IMG/VR virus record: IMGVR_UViG_3300037962_000450
Coordinates: 1-64,000 of that record
Source of the DNA: a virus
Taxonomy: Duplodnaviria > Caudoviricetes
Reading direction: 5' to 3' (one strand)
Length of the DNA stretch: 64,000 nucleotides
Shown one piece after another: positions 1 to 8,310 of this stretch. Each line of letters starts with the position of its first letter. The first letter of the stretch is position 1. Both the position numbers and the translations under genes were made by a program. The notes under the pieces are model-generated. The model was not told where the DNA came from. It saw only the letters and a program-made list of their open reading frames with translations, and searched no databases.

Positions 1-270
1 AAATTCAAGTGTTTCTGGGCAGTCCTCTTTAAGTTCCCAACTAGCGTTAAAGCTTTTCGCCTTATCGTCTAGTGAGAATATATACTCTGGGCTGTCCCAT
101 TCATTCCAAATGTAAACTTTTTCTCTGTTTACCTCAACATCATCTATTGAGGTTTTAAGTGCTCTTGATATTGCCCTCACTAACGGACTTTTTGAGGGGT
201 CTGATTCTGCTCGTTTTGTATCGTGCTTCGTTACCTTAATGCGAATCTTGTCAGGCACTTGTTTCTCCAT
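1..270 (-). CDS. hypothetical protein, 3' end truncated by window edge
   Basis: Open frame MEKQVPDKIRIKVTKHD... from ATG 270 (or GTG 258 after GGAGA) to the window edge; promoter directly upstream; absent from the ORF track because it has no stop in the window. Confidence 0.5.
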   Translation of the reverse strand, partial: MEKQVPDKIRIKVTKHDTKRAESDPSKSPLVRAISRALKTSIDDVEVNREKVYIWNEWDSPEYIFSLDDKAKSFNASWELKEDCPETLEF

Positions 271-296
271 TATAGTATAAAAAACCTAGTTGTCAA
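269..296 (-). promoter_or_regulatory. sigma70-type promoter TTGACA-N16-TATAAT
   Basis: Plus strand reads attata-N16-tgtcaa. Confidence 0.6.
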
Positions 297-322
297 TAGA
301 AGCCTGTGCGGGACTTGATAAA

Positions 323-781
323 TTAGTTAACTTTTATTACTTTAGGTTGCTTCTCTTCGGGGATATTCTCCTCAAGAGTTACTGTAAGCAGACCATCATT
401 AAATTCTGCGGACTTAACCTCCACATGCTCCCCAAGCTTAAAGTCTCGCTTGAACTTACGTGTGGCTATGCCCTTATGTACATGTACATGATCTTCACTA
501 TGTTCAGAGTGACCGGAAGCTGCAATAGAAAGAATACCTTCCTCGACTACTACATTCAGGTCGTCCTTGCTATATCCAGCCAAGGCAACCTCAACAAGAG
601 TGGTCTTGTCCTTCTGAATTATATTATATGGGGGAAAGTTACTATTAACCTGACTTGTGTAAACTAGCTGGTTGAATAGTCTGTCTAAACCAATGGTACT
701 ACGAAAGAACTCATTAAATAGTTTATCGTGCAGAGTTGGCGTGTCTTTCCCTTTGTGGGAAAAATTTTTAATTACGTTCAT
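323..781 (-). CDS. hsp20: small heat-shock protein, Hsp20/alpha-crystallin family (IbpA-like)
   Basis: NFPPYNI, VEVALAGYSKDDL, HKGIATRKFKRDF, AEFNDGLLTVTL motifs. Confidence 0.93.
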   Translation of the reverse strand: MNVIKNFSHKGKDTPTLHDKLFNEFFRSTIGLDRLFNQLVYTSQVNSNFPPYNIIQKDKTTLVEVALAGYSKDDLNVVVEEGILSIAASGHSEHSEDHVHVHKGIATRKFKRDFKLGEHVEVKSAEFNDGLLTVTLEENIPEEKQPKVIKVN

Positions 782-853
782 ATCTTTTCTCCTTGTTAAA
801 GCAAGATTAAAGTGCTACCCTCTTAGGCGTAGCTGTTTGCCCGCACAGGCAAG

Positions 854-1191
854 TGGAGGCGGCGGGAATCGAACCCGCGTCCAGTATAATATCCACACTA
901 GCATCTACATTGTTAGTCTATTGTAGTCGCACAAAAGACAAAGCTATCAGGAATTACCTGAATCAGACAAATTATTGCCATCACCCTCCTTTACTTCAAG
1001 TGAGAAAACTCTATCCGATTATCGGAGTCAGCGTAATTGGGTAAGAAGGTTTACGCAACCCCCTGCCGCTAAGCGGCTAGTGCGAAATTCTTTTCGGCAC
1101 TTAAAAGTTTAATCGGTTTTTATACTGGCCTACCGATCAACCAGTCAATGCAACTAATACTTTTATTACCTGTCGATGCCTTTTCACCCCC
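854..1191 (-). ncRNA. ssrA: tmRNA, tag peptide (A)EKNFALAA
   Basis: 5' GGGGGTG pairs with 3' CGCCTCC-A including G3-U70; T-arm GCGGGTTCGATTCCCGC; 5' GGCATCGAC; tag frame GCC GAA AAG AAT TTC GCA CTA GCC GCT TAG at 1098-1069. Confidence 0.95.
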
Positions 1192-1208
1192 TTGTTAAAT
1201 ATAATCAG

Positions 1209-1649
1209 TTAGCTTACGAAACTGTCCCAATAAGCCTTCTGTTCTTCTGTGTAATTTCCGTACTTATCCTTACCTTCTAGAGCCTTGACCTCTTTCCAGA
1301 CTTGATTCCATCCCTCATGTGTGTCAGCTTCGACTCTAGCCGCCTTATCGTCTATATACAAGACACCTGCGGGTTTACCCATATATGCATGGTGGTATTT
1401 GACACCGTGTTTATTAAGCCACTCGACCCACTCGGCGTATCCAACTTCATACATTTGGTTGATATTGCCCTGCTTTCTCTCACCATATCTAGCGGTGAAC
1501 AATATGATCTCATATCCCATATCGTAAAGCTTGTTCACTTGATCAATACCGTGTTGTAGCGGTGGAGCTTTGGCGTACTCGCCACCGTTATCCTTTCCAG
1601 CAATTACGCCGTCACAATCTACGATTATCTTTTTTAGTGGGTCTCCCAT
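1209..1649 (-). CDS. HAD-superfamily phosphatase (capsule-biosynthesis phosphatase-like)
   Basis: IIVDCDGVI motif I, ILFTAR motif II, GKP...YIDDKA motifs III/IV. Confidence 0.78.
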   Translation of the reverse strand: MGDPLKKIIVDCDGVIAGKDNGGEYAKAPPLQHGIDQVNKLYDMGYEIILFTARYGERKQGNINQMYEVGYAEWVEWLNKHGVKYHHAYMGKPAGVLYIDDKAARVEADTHEGWNQVWKEVKALEGKDKYGNYTEEQKAYWDSFVS

Positions 1650-1650
1650 C

Positions 1651-1821
1651 TCACGTTTCCTCTCTAATTTCTATTTTATCTAATCGGTTAAGAAGTTCAC
1701 CGATAATATCAAAAACTTCTGTGTGGTTCTCACTTTTTAATTTTGACATCTCCGCTTCAGTGAGTTGTATATTATATTTAAGTGGTGATGTGTTTGACTG
1801 TTTAAATTCATATATTCTCAT
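1651..1821 (-). CDS. hypothetical 56-aa protein
   Basis: MRIYEFKQ...IREET frame fills the gap between tRNA-Arg and the HAD gene; below the ORF-track cutoff. Confidence 0.4.
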   Translation of the reverse strand: MRIYEFKQSNTSPLKYNIQLTEAEMSKLKSENHTEVFDIIGELLNRLDKIEIREET

Positions 1822-1824
1822 AAG

Positions 1825-1898
1825 TAACCCTGACAGGATTTGAACCTGTAACCTACGGTTTAGAAGACCGTTGCTCTATCCGATTGAGCTACAGGGTC
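1825..1898 (-). tRNA. tRNA-Arg(UCU)
   Basis: Cloverleaf: acceptor GACCCTG/CAGGGTT, anticodon arm ACGGT-CTTCTAA-ACCGT, T-arm ACAGG-TTCAAAT-CCTGT; CCA not encoded. Confidence 0.93.
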
Positions 1899-1913
1899 TC
1901 TAATCGTAGTGCA

Positions 1914-2171
1914 TTAAAATGGAGGTTCTTCCTCGACTTCAGACCTTCCAAACCGTTCCTCAATTACTTCGAGCCTGTCTTCTGCATCAACAAGGGCATC
2001 TAAGGCCTCGTCTAGGTTAGACCAGAAATCTCCCGTGGAATGATCTCCAATACCAACACCATTGTTCATTAGGAGGTTCAATGAAAGCTCAGCTTTGTTT
2101 CTATCGGAAACCGCTTTGTGAAACAAGTAGTCTACAGCTTTAGCAAAATTACTAGTGGATCTATTACGCAT
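1914..2171 (-). CDS. hypothetical protein
   Basis: 85-aa ORF with purine-rich upstream, same orientation as neighbours. Confidence 0.65.
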   Translation of the reverse strand: MRNRSTSNFAKAVDYLFHKAVSDRNKAELSLNLLMNNGVGIGDHSTGDFWSNLDEALDALVDAEDRLEVIEERFGRSEVEEEPPF

Positions 2172-2481
2172 TTTATTTCCTAGTTAAATTCCTGTGTTCA
2201 TACTCAGATGCAACTAAACAAATCATAGCACATTGCCACAGTAGCATGTAGTCTATGTCAAGATCGGTAAAAACCTTTAGTGCATGTGGAATAGCTATAA
2301 TAAATGTATACCAAATGTACTTTGAGAGTCTTTTGATCAAGTTACGTCTCCTATTATACCTTCTTTATCGTCAATGTCAACCAAAATCTTTAGGCAATTG
2401 TGGCAAATATTGTCTGAGATTCCCATCTCATAGAGATCCTCTACCGGAATTCTACAGAATGTTCCGCAGTGATCACAGGCT

Positions 2482-2889
2482 TCAATTAGATCCATTGACC
2501 CTCTTCCTTAACTCGCTAGTAGAGTAACCATACCTCTTGTTATAAAACATCTCGTAATGCTTAAGCTTGGCTTGTCTCCATCCAGTGAACCGTTTGTCTC
2601 TCCAGTCCTCACCTATGAATCTTATGTCAGGCTTAATGTAGTTAATGAGTTGCAGCAACTGATCCTCGGTCTCGTAGATAGCTATCTCATCCACACAATC
2701 AATAGCATCTAGTTGAATATATCTTTCAAAGACGTTTTGAACAGGCTTGTTTTTGTTTTCCCTGTCAATAGTGGGGTCTGTCTGTAATCCAACTACGAGG
2801 TAGTCGCAATTATTGCTGCACTCCTTTAGCATTAGTATGTGGCCTGCGTGGAGCAGGTCAAACGAAGAACATGTAAATCCAATTTTCAT
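2482..2889 (-). CDS. cytidylyltransferase, glycerol-3-phosphate cytidylyltransferase (TagD)-like
   Basis: FDLLHAGH (HxGH), LVVGLQTD, KPVQNVFERY, YSTSELR motifs. Confidence 0.88.
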   Translation of the reverse strand: MKIGFTCSSFDLLHAGHILMLKECSNNCDYLVVGLQTDPTIDRENKNKPVQNVFERYIQLDAIDCVDEIAIYETEDQLLQLINYIKPDIRFIGEDWRDKRFTGWRQAKLKHYEMFYNKRYGYSTSELRKRVNGSN

Positions 2890-3866
2890 TATTTCTTATC
2901 TATTGTAACATCCTGTTTGCTTTTGTCAAGCTCTGGGAGGGTAGGAAATTTCTTTGAGTCGGCAGAAATTGACTTCTCGCCTTCTTTTCCTTCATCCTTC
3001 TTTACTTCACCTTCGATGGGAAGTTCTAGGATATCTTCTAAAGAGGGAACTTGTACGGTCTCGTCAACAGCCCATCCAATACCATTCTTGTTGGCGTATT
3101 CCCTGAGCCTTCTTACTGGTACCATTAGATTGAAAGTTTCACCAGCACCCCTTACGAGCATACCTACATATTCTCCCTTTTTATCCCCGGATCGCTCTGT
3201 AAGAAAGATTCCTCCTCCGCTGGAACCGGGAAACGCAGTAACGGTTGTTTGGTCGAACACTACGCCGTCTCCGCTCCCAAGGTTTAGGACTCTACCGACT
3301 TGAGATACAATCCCTCTCGTCATAGAGTTACTTCCCACCTGTCCTAGTAGTGAGCCTACGTGATATAGTTCCGTTCCGATGGCAACTGGATTCCCTTCAC
3401 CTTTATAAAAACTAATGCCTGCGTCTGTGAAGTTGACCTTTCTAATCATTAATAGTGCTAAGTCTTCTCCCTCTTCGGAATCTGAATATTTCAGAACCTT
3501 AGCGTCCATCTTAACTTCACCCACACGCCTACCGTTTTCTACAAGCTCCTGTACAATTTGGGCATCTTTGAACTCTACGCTTGTTTTAACCTTACCATCA
3601 TAAACAGTATTTCTGACTGTTCTAAGGTTGTCGATGACATGAGCAGCAGTCCAGACAAAATTTATTTTAGCGGTCTTGTTTGGTGCAATCTGAACTTCTC
3701 TTGTAATAATAGTTCCAGAACCCTCACCTGAGCCAGATTTAACAGTCACAGATACTTGCTGAAACTTGTCATATAAACTATCTGGGTCTTGAGCCTGACC
3801 AGAAACGTTGGGTGTAAAGGTTACTGCTAGTAGTAGTGCCACCACTAATTTGTTAAACATCTTCAT
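2889..3866 (-). CDS. secreted trypsin-like serine protease
   Basis: Signal-peptide-like N-terminus; catalytic triad motifs WTAAHVI, DLALL, FPGSSGGG. Confidence 0.87.
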   Translation of the reverse strand: MKMFNKLVVALLLAVTFTPNVSGQAQDPDSLYDKFQQVSVTVKSGSGEGSGTIITREVQIAPNKTAKINFVWTAAHVIDNLRTVRNTVYDGKVKTSVEFKDAQIVQELVENGRRVGEVKMDAKVLKYSDSEEGEDLALLMIRKVNFTDAGISFYKGEGNPVAIGTELYHVGSLLGQVGSNSMTRGIVSQVGRVLNLGSGDGVVFDQTTVTAFPGSSGGGIFLTERSGDKKGEYVGMLVRGAGETFNLMVPVRRLREYANKNGIGWAVDETVQVPSLEDILELPIEGEVKKDEGKEGEKSISADSKKFPTLPELDKSKQDVTIDKK

Positions 3867-3876
3867 CCTCCTTTGG

Positions 3877-4092
3877 TTAATTCCCATTTCGTTTTAATAA
3901 TTCTGCTATGATATCATGGTCGGGAACCATGACATCATCTTCGTGTTTTTCAAACCCTCGTTCAGAGACTATCCAGCTAATACCAGCAGTCGTCACATTC
4001 ATAACTTCGCTGGCTACAACGCAAGCTTTTAGTTCGCTGTCAGCATTAACGATAGTCTTTCTATCTAGGCATGTAACATAATATTTAGCCAT
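3877..4092 (-). CDS. hypothetical protein
   Basis: MAKYYVTC... start chosen; stop overlaps the start region of the protease gene. Confidence 0.55.
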   Translation of the reverse strand: MAKYYVTCLDRKTIVNADSELKACVVASEVMNVTTAGISWIVSERGFEKHEDDVMVPDHDIIAELLKRNGN

Positions 4093-4260
4093 TTGTTTTC
4101 CTATTCTATGTTGTCGCCACAACAAACAAGTTCCCATCCCTCGTAGAAAATATCTCCAAATACTTCCCACTCCTTGAGACTGAACCCAAGAATGATATCT
4201 GGAAAACTGACGGTTAGCCAGCTACCAGTGCTAGGCCTTTCAAACCTAGCAGAGTTGTAT

Positions 4261-4476
4261 CTAACATTCTCCGATTCCATCTATATCGCCGCTTGAGAAA
4301 TCAATAGTGACAGATCTAGGTAGTTTATATTCTACAGTAGGTCTACCTCTGCCGGAACTCCTGTTCTCTCCAGAGATCTCGCATACGCCACTCTTGATTA
4401 ATATCTTCAGAAGCCCGCTGGCCTGTAGATAGTCAACTCCAAATAATTTGGAAATCTCTTTACATGTAACTTTCAT
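4261..4476 (-). CDS. small putative (winged) HTH DNA-binding protein
   Basis: TCKEISKLFGVDYLQASGLLKIL helix-turn-helix-like segment followed by GRGRPTVEY wing-like motif. Confidence 0.5.
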   Translation of the reverse strand: MKVTCKEISKLFGVDYLQASGLLKILIKSGVCEISGENRSSGRGRPTVEYKLPRSVTIDFSSGDIDGIGEC

Positions 4477-4560
4477 CCGGTGAATCCTCCATATCTATTA
4501 TAGCTAAATATGGCGAACAGCACCCATTTTTTTAAATAATTATTGACTTTTACACATAAT

Positions 4561-4830
4561 TCAGGATTTACGTCTTTTCCATGAGAACACTTTATTTAAC
4601 CAAGCCTTACGCTTGCTACAGTTACATTCCTGTAGATTGAACCAGTTCTTAAATCTCTCTTCAGTAATACCGAGAGTACTTAGTGCTGATTCCACCATAT
4701 CCCCAAGCCCAGCCATGTCACTTGCGTTATGTACGCTAACACCCTGTCTTTCTAAGAAATTGATAGTCTTGTCTAGATCTGGTTTTATGCAGTCGTTGTT
4801 GGTTGGTTTGTCGCAGTCGCCGCTCATCAC
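4561..4830 (-). CDS. hypothetical phage protein with C-terminal CxC motif
   Basis: GDMVESALSTLGITEERF...CNCSKRKAWLN pattern. Confidence 0.6.
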   Translation of the reverse strand: MMSGDCDKPTNNDCIKPDLDKTINFLERQGVSVHNASDMAGLGDMVESALSTLGITEERFKNWFNLQECNCSKRKAWLNKVFSWKRRKS

Positions 4831-4838
4831 TATTTATT

Positions 4839-5468
4839 TCACCTCTTTGCTAATAGTATTAACATGTCCATGTATGTTTCAGAGTCTGGATCTACTGCAA
4901 CAACAGGACTTCCGTTATGCCACAGTTCCCTGTCGTCAAGGTATACAGACTCGCCGTCTCTTAATATCATATCTACAATAGGTTCAGATTGCCTATCACG
5001 ATATAATAATAAGTGACCGCCTGTCATATTTTTTCTGGAAACGCCTATCATACTTATATTATCGAAGCCGTCCTGATGAATTCCCTCTGGAGAAAGCTTA
5101 CCTCCCTCCTTAGCTAGAACTCTCATCTGGTGAACTTCTATATTCCCTTGCCAATTAAACTCCTTGTTAAATAGATTGCAGATAAAGGTAAATGCCTTAG
5201 ACCTGACAAAAGATTCCTCAAGTGGTTCAAATACTCTTCTTACGTCTCCCTGAAACTTATTGTATTCTGATGATTGTGTGAACTCATTTGTAGAAAGCCT
5301 TCCATACCCCAAAGGCATTAAATGTCCTTCTATGATTGGTGCTACAACTGAGTATCTCCGTAGTCTATATTTTCCATCCAAGTGATCCGTCTCTGGTAAG
5401 TTATTATGATAAGGGGCGATTTCATCTATCACCCAGTCAGGTAATTTTCTTACTTGGAACAGTCTCAT
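4839..5468 (-). CDS. 2OG-Fe(II) dioxygenase (2OG-Fe_Oxy_2 / PF10014-like)
   Basis: RLRRYS, SPEGIHQDG (HxD), LWHNGSPV (distal His), MDMLIL. Confidence 0.8.
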   Translation of the reverse strand: MRLFQVRKLPDWVIDEIAPYHNNLPETDHLDGKYRLRRYSVVAPIIEGHLMPLGYGRLSTNEFTQSSEYNKFQGDVRRVFEPLEESFVRSKAFTFICNLFNKEFNWQGNIEVHQMRVLAKEGGKLSPEGIHQDGFDNISMIGVSRKNMTGGHLLLYRDRQSEPIVDMILRDGESVYLDDRELWHNGSPVVAVDPDSETYMDMLILLAKR

Positions 5469-5477
5469 GGTTGTCTC

Positions 5478-5837
5478 CTAAAATCTAAATTGAAAGTAGA
5501 AACCTTGGAATGGCGCTGGGTATACTGGTTGAGGATATATAATAACCGGAGGGCTGATTACTGGAGGTCTGTAAACTCTATAGAATCCATGTAGTGGGTG
5601 AAACCTAGTCTCCACAGAGGGGTAGTAGAATGGATGTACATAGGGTCTGTAATAATTATTAGGCCTAATGGTTTGTTGTTGTGGACGAGAATTTTGCCAC
5701 TCTTGTTTGCCTACGCCCAGTCTATTTCCAACTAGAGGTCTAGGCTGAGGAGGTTTAATAATACGGTTAGGCTCCTGTGCATCACATGTTACAGATGAAA
5801 ATAGTAATACGATTACTGATAGAATAGCGGATTTCAT
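5478..5837 (-). CDS. secreted Pro/Tyr-rich low-complexity protein
   Basis: Signal peptide ending CDA-Q; YYRPYVHPFYYP...GFYFQFRF. Confidence 0.65.
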   Translation of the reverse strand: MKSAILSVIVLLFSSVTCDAQEPNRIIKPPQPRPLVGNRLGVGKQEWQNSRPQQQTIRPNNYYRPYVHPFYYPSVETRFHPLHGFYRVYRPPVISPPVIIYPQPVYPAPFQGFYFQFRF

Positions 5838-5922
5838 AGATTTCCTCCTTTTGTGGGTTTTTTGCCCATTTTCTTCTAGTTTCTATTTTTTTATTGGGTT
5901 TTCTACCCTAATGCTCTACTTA

Positions 5923-5931
5923 ATTATACAC
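5923..5931 (-). promoter_or_regulatory. late-type promoter motif GTGTATAAT
   Basis: Plus strand attatacac; same motif precedes the late operons. Confidence 0.5.
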
Positions 5932-6109
5932 GTTGGATATGCCATTTCGGATACTCAAAGGGTAGTACGACATACAATATATACCATTATAACACTATAT
6001 ACAGTATTAAAAGACCCCCTATACCACAAAGGATACAGGAGGTCTAAGGGGAGAGAAAAATGTTGATTTGAACCTGCTGGCACGGCAATAAGCACAAAGT
6101 ACGCGCATG

Positions 6110-6412
6110 TTATTCGTCGAGTGAGTGATTTATAGCTAATTCTAGTAGGACGACATATTCATCTACTTGTCTAGGGGTCATTTCAATACCTTCTTCTGCT
6201 AAGTGCATACGCCATCGTAATTTCTCTTTAAGAGTCATAGTGGACATTCTAACCATTTGAGCAAGGGCAAAATCGTCTCCAGACTTCAGTTGAGTTACCA
6301 GATCAACAAACGTTTCATAAGCATCGTTAATCTCTGTAGAAGAATTAGAATCAAGACCTATTGTTTCTTCCTTTGCTTTAACAAACATATCTGTGAAGTA
6401 AGTAATATTCAT
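6110..6412 (-). CDS. hypothetical protein
   Basis: 100-aa ORF with AAAGGAAA upstream. Confidence 0.65.
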   Translation of the reverse strand: MNITYFTDMFVKAKEETIGLDSNSSTEINDAYETFVDLVTQLKSGDDFALAQMVRMSTMTLKEKLRWRMHLAEEGIEMTPRQVDEYVVLLELAINHSLDE

Positions 6413-6546
6413 ATTTATTCTTTCCTTTTGGAAGCAAACGTTTTATTATATAATAGGGGCGGCGACTACAAAAAACAACCCGAATCCGCGAAAATTCACA
6501 AAACAGTTCCGCTTTTGAATAATATCGTTAGCAGATCCCTCGAAGT

Positions 6547-6963
6547 TTAACGTGGTATATAGTCTACCTTACACAGTTTATGTGGGGCGTTGAACATATT
6601 ATCTAGGAGCTTAGACTTCTTCTCCTTACCCATATATAGGAACTCGAATCCATGTGATTGTCTTCCGACTCCTATTACAGTCAATCCTTCCCCATGTTTC
6701 TGTTTTATATGATAGATCCCGGCATCTGTAAAATATATCTTATCCCCATTAGACTTGATATAGTAACTACCCGACCTACCAATGACACGAATGTAATCCC
6801 CTACCTCCAAGGTTCGCCAGTCCTTCACAGGACGCCCTCTACGGTTCTTAGAACGCTTCTTCATCTTAAAGGCGTAATCACACTCCTTACAATAGTAGGC
6901 GCGTACACCGTTCACTGTACCGCACTCAGGGCACACCTTCTGTCCTCTCTTCTTCTTACCCAT
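6547..6963 (-). CDS. zinc-ribbon protein
   Basis: CPECG...YYCKEC N-terminus with basic linker; AAAGGAGAG RBS. Confidence 0.7.
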   Translation of the reverse strand: MGKKKRGQKVCPECGTVNGVRAYYCKECDYAFKMKKRSKNRRGRPVKDWRTLEVGDYIRVIGRSGSYYIKSNGDKIYFTDAGIYHIKQKHGEGLTVIGVGRQSHGFEFLYMGKEKKSKLLDNMFNAPHKLCKVDYIPR

Positions 6964-7165
6964 AATTCTCTCCTTTTTTAGCTGGCTATACTATAAACGC
7001 TTTCATCCAATTGGGTTTGGTGCGACAGCCATGCTATATGATACAATGTATATCGGTATTTGTCAACTAGATTCTTTAGAAAAAATGGTTTTTCTCGCTG
7101 GCTATAACTATTTGGGCGGATCTGAAATGATTAGCAGAGACACTTGGTGGAATATATGGTTAGTC

Positions 7166-7174
7166 GTGTATAAT
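7166..7174 (+). promoter_or_regulatory. late-type promoter motif GTGTATAAT
   Basis: Exact motif 38 nt upstream of ORF 7212, which has a GAGGT RBS. Confidence 0.5.
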
Positions 7175-7211
7175 ATATTACCGCCCTCTAGTCGTTAGCG
7201 AGGTAATAACT

Positions 7212-7571
7212 ATGATAAGTCCCTGTGTAAAGGCGTCGAAGCCTAGTAATAGTACTCCGTCTAAAACTATTTCTATCCTCTTCGTATTCTTGCTTCTATT
7301 GATACATACGGCAGATATGTGGCTCACAAGATACTATATTGGAAATTCTTGGGAGCGAGAAATATTTCTACCTATGAGATATTGTATTAAGTGGTTTGGT
7401 ATATATAATGCACTCTGGATATCCCGGATTAGTATATATTCTATGCTCTTCTTATATTTCCTCAACTGGAAGAAATGGAAGTGGCATTATTTCTTAATTA
7501 CCGGGACTCTACTCTACTGGGCCGCTATGCTACCGTGGCTCGACACACTCGGATTCTTTAGCTTCCCATAG
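7212..7571 (+). CDS. membrane protein (DUF5658-like)
   Basis: About 3 hydrophobic segments; ADMWLTRYYI...EIFLPM resembles D..lT.....G..E.NP; own promoter and RBS. Confidence 0.6.
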   Translation: MISPCVKASKPSNSTPSKTISILFVFLLLLIHTADMWLTRYYIGNSWEREIFLPMRYCIKWFGIYNALWISRISIYSMLFLYFLNWKKWKWHYFLITGTLLYWAAMLPWLDTLGFFSFP

Positions 7572-7576
7572 ATCCT

Positions 7577-7830
7577 AAAATGGTCTTTTCTCGCTGGCTG
7601 TCACTAAATCACTTGGAACTGATAAGTTAGGCCGGGACAAACGAATCAATACCGGGTTACAAAGCGTCGGCACTTAAATGTATATGCCAACAAAACGCAA
7701 CTTTTTCGCTGGCTGTCACTGGATCACTTGACCGGGGTGAATAGGGAGAGACACCGGGAAACAAGAGGTGGCCGGGCAGGGGAGCTGTACACCGGGATAG
7801 AGATTGAGTCTCAATATCAACCGGGAGAGA
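7577..7830 (+). repeat. non-coding repeat cluster: two TTTT(C)TCGCTGGCTGTCACT..ATCACTTG copies and seven CCGGG at about 20-nt spacing
   Basis: Repeats at 7586-7615 and 7702-7730; CCGGG at 7632, 7652, 7732, 7754, 7772, 7792, 7821. Confidence 0.6.
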
Positions 7831-8002
7831 GCTGGGCTACATACAGTGGTCAGACTATACCATTATACCATATATCGACACAATGTCCATAAGTCTTGAG
7901 TCTATAAGTAGTTAAGTGAAATATATGACAGGGCGGTTTGGCACGAAAATTGCGGGGCGTTTTTGAAAAAAGCCGGGCCGTTTTTTGGCCCGTTGTCAAC
8001 CC

Positions 8003-8242
8003 CTATTCTTCAGGTTCTCGAAATAATCTCAACTGATGCTGCGCCAGTGCGTCAGCCGTTGCCTCTTCATCCCAAGTAGGCCCGATGAAATCCTCAATCA
8101 GGGTTTGTGCCATTGCTTCGCACTTCTCTACCCCGTTGTCATTTATATCAAAGCCAAGCTCTTTCACATCCTCAACACTGCAATCGTTCCTGAAATAAAT
8201 CAGAGACATAACAATCAAATCTTTTTCTTGTTCGTTAAACAT
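8003..8242 (-). CDS. hypothetical acidic protein
   Basis: MFNEQ... start after GGAGGTGTC RBS. Confidence 0.6.
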   Translation of the reverse strand: MFNEQEKDLIVMSLIYFRNDCSVEDVKELGFDINDNGVEKCEAMAQTLIEDFIGPTWDEEATADALAQHQLRLFREPEE

Positions 8243-8262
8243 GACACCTCCAGAAAGAAAAA

Positions 8263-8294
8263 CCGGCAGCGGCTGGAATCCCAACCGCCACCGG
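8263..8294 (-). terminator. conserved 14-bp hairpin with U-tract (copy 1)
   Basis: CCGGTGGCGGTTGG-GATT-CCAGCCGCTGCCGG then TTTTTCTTT; G-U pairs form only on the minus strand. Confidence 0.65.
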
Positions 8295-8310
8295 CCCAAC
8301 GAAAGGAAAC

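Noticed and set aside
7577-7830. Possible CRISPR mini-array
   Set aside because: Only two imperfect 29-30-nt copies plus 5-nt motifs; no constant repeat-spacer periodicity; no cas genes in the window
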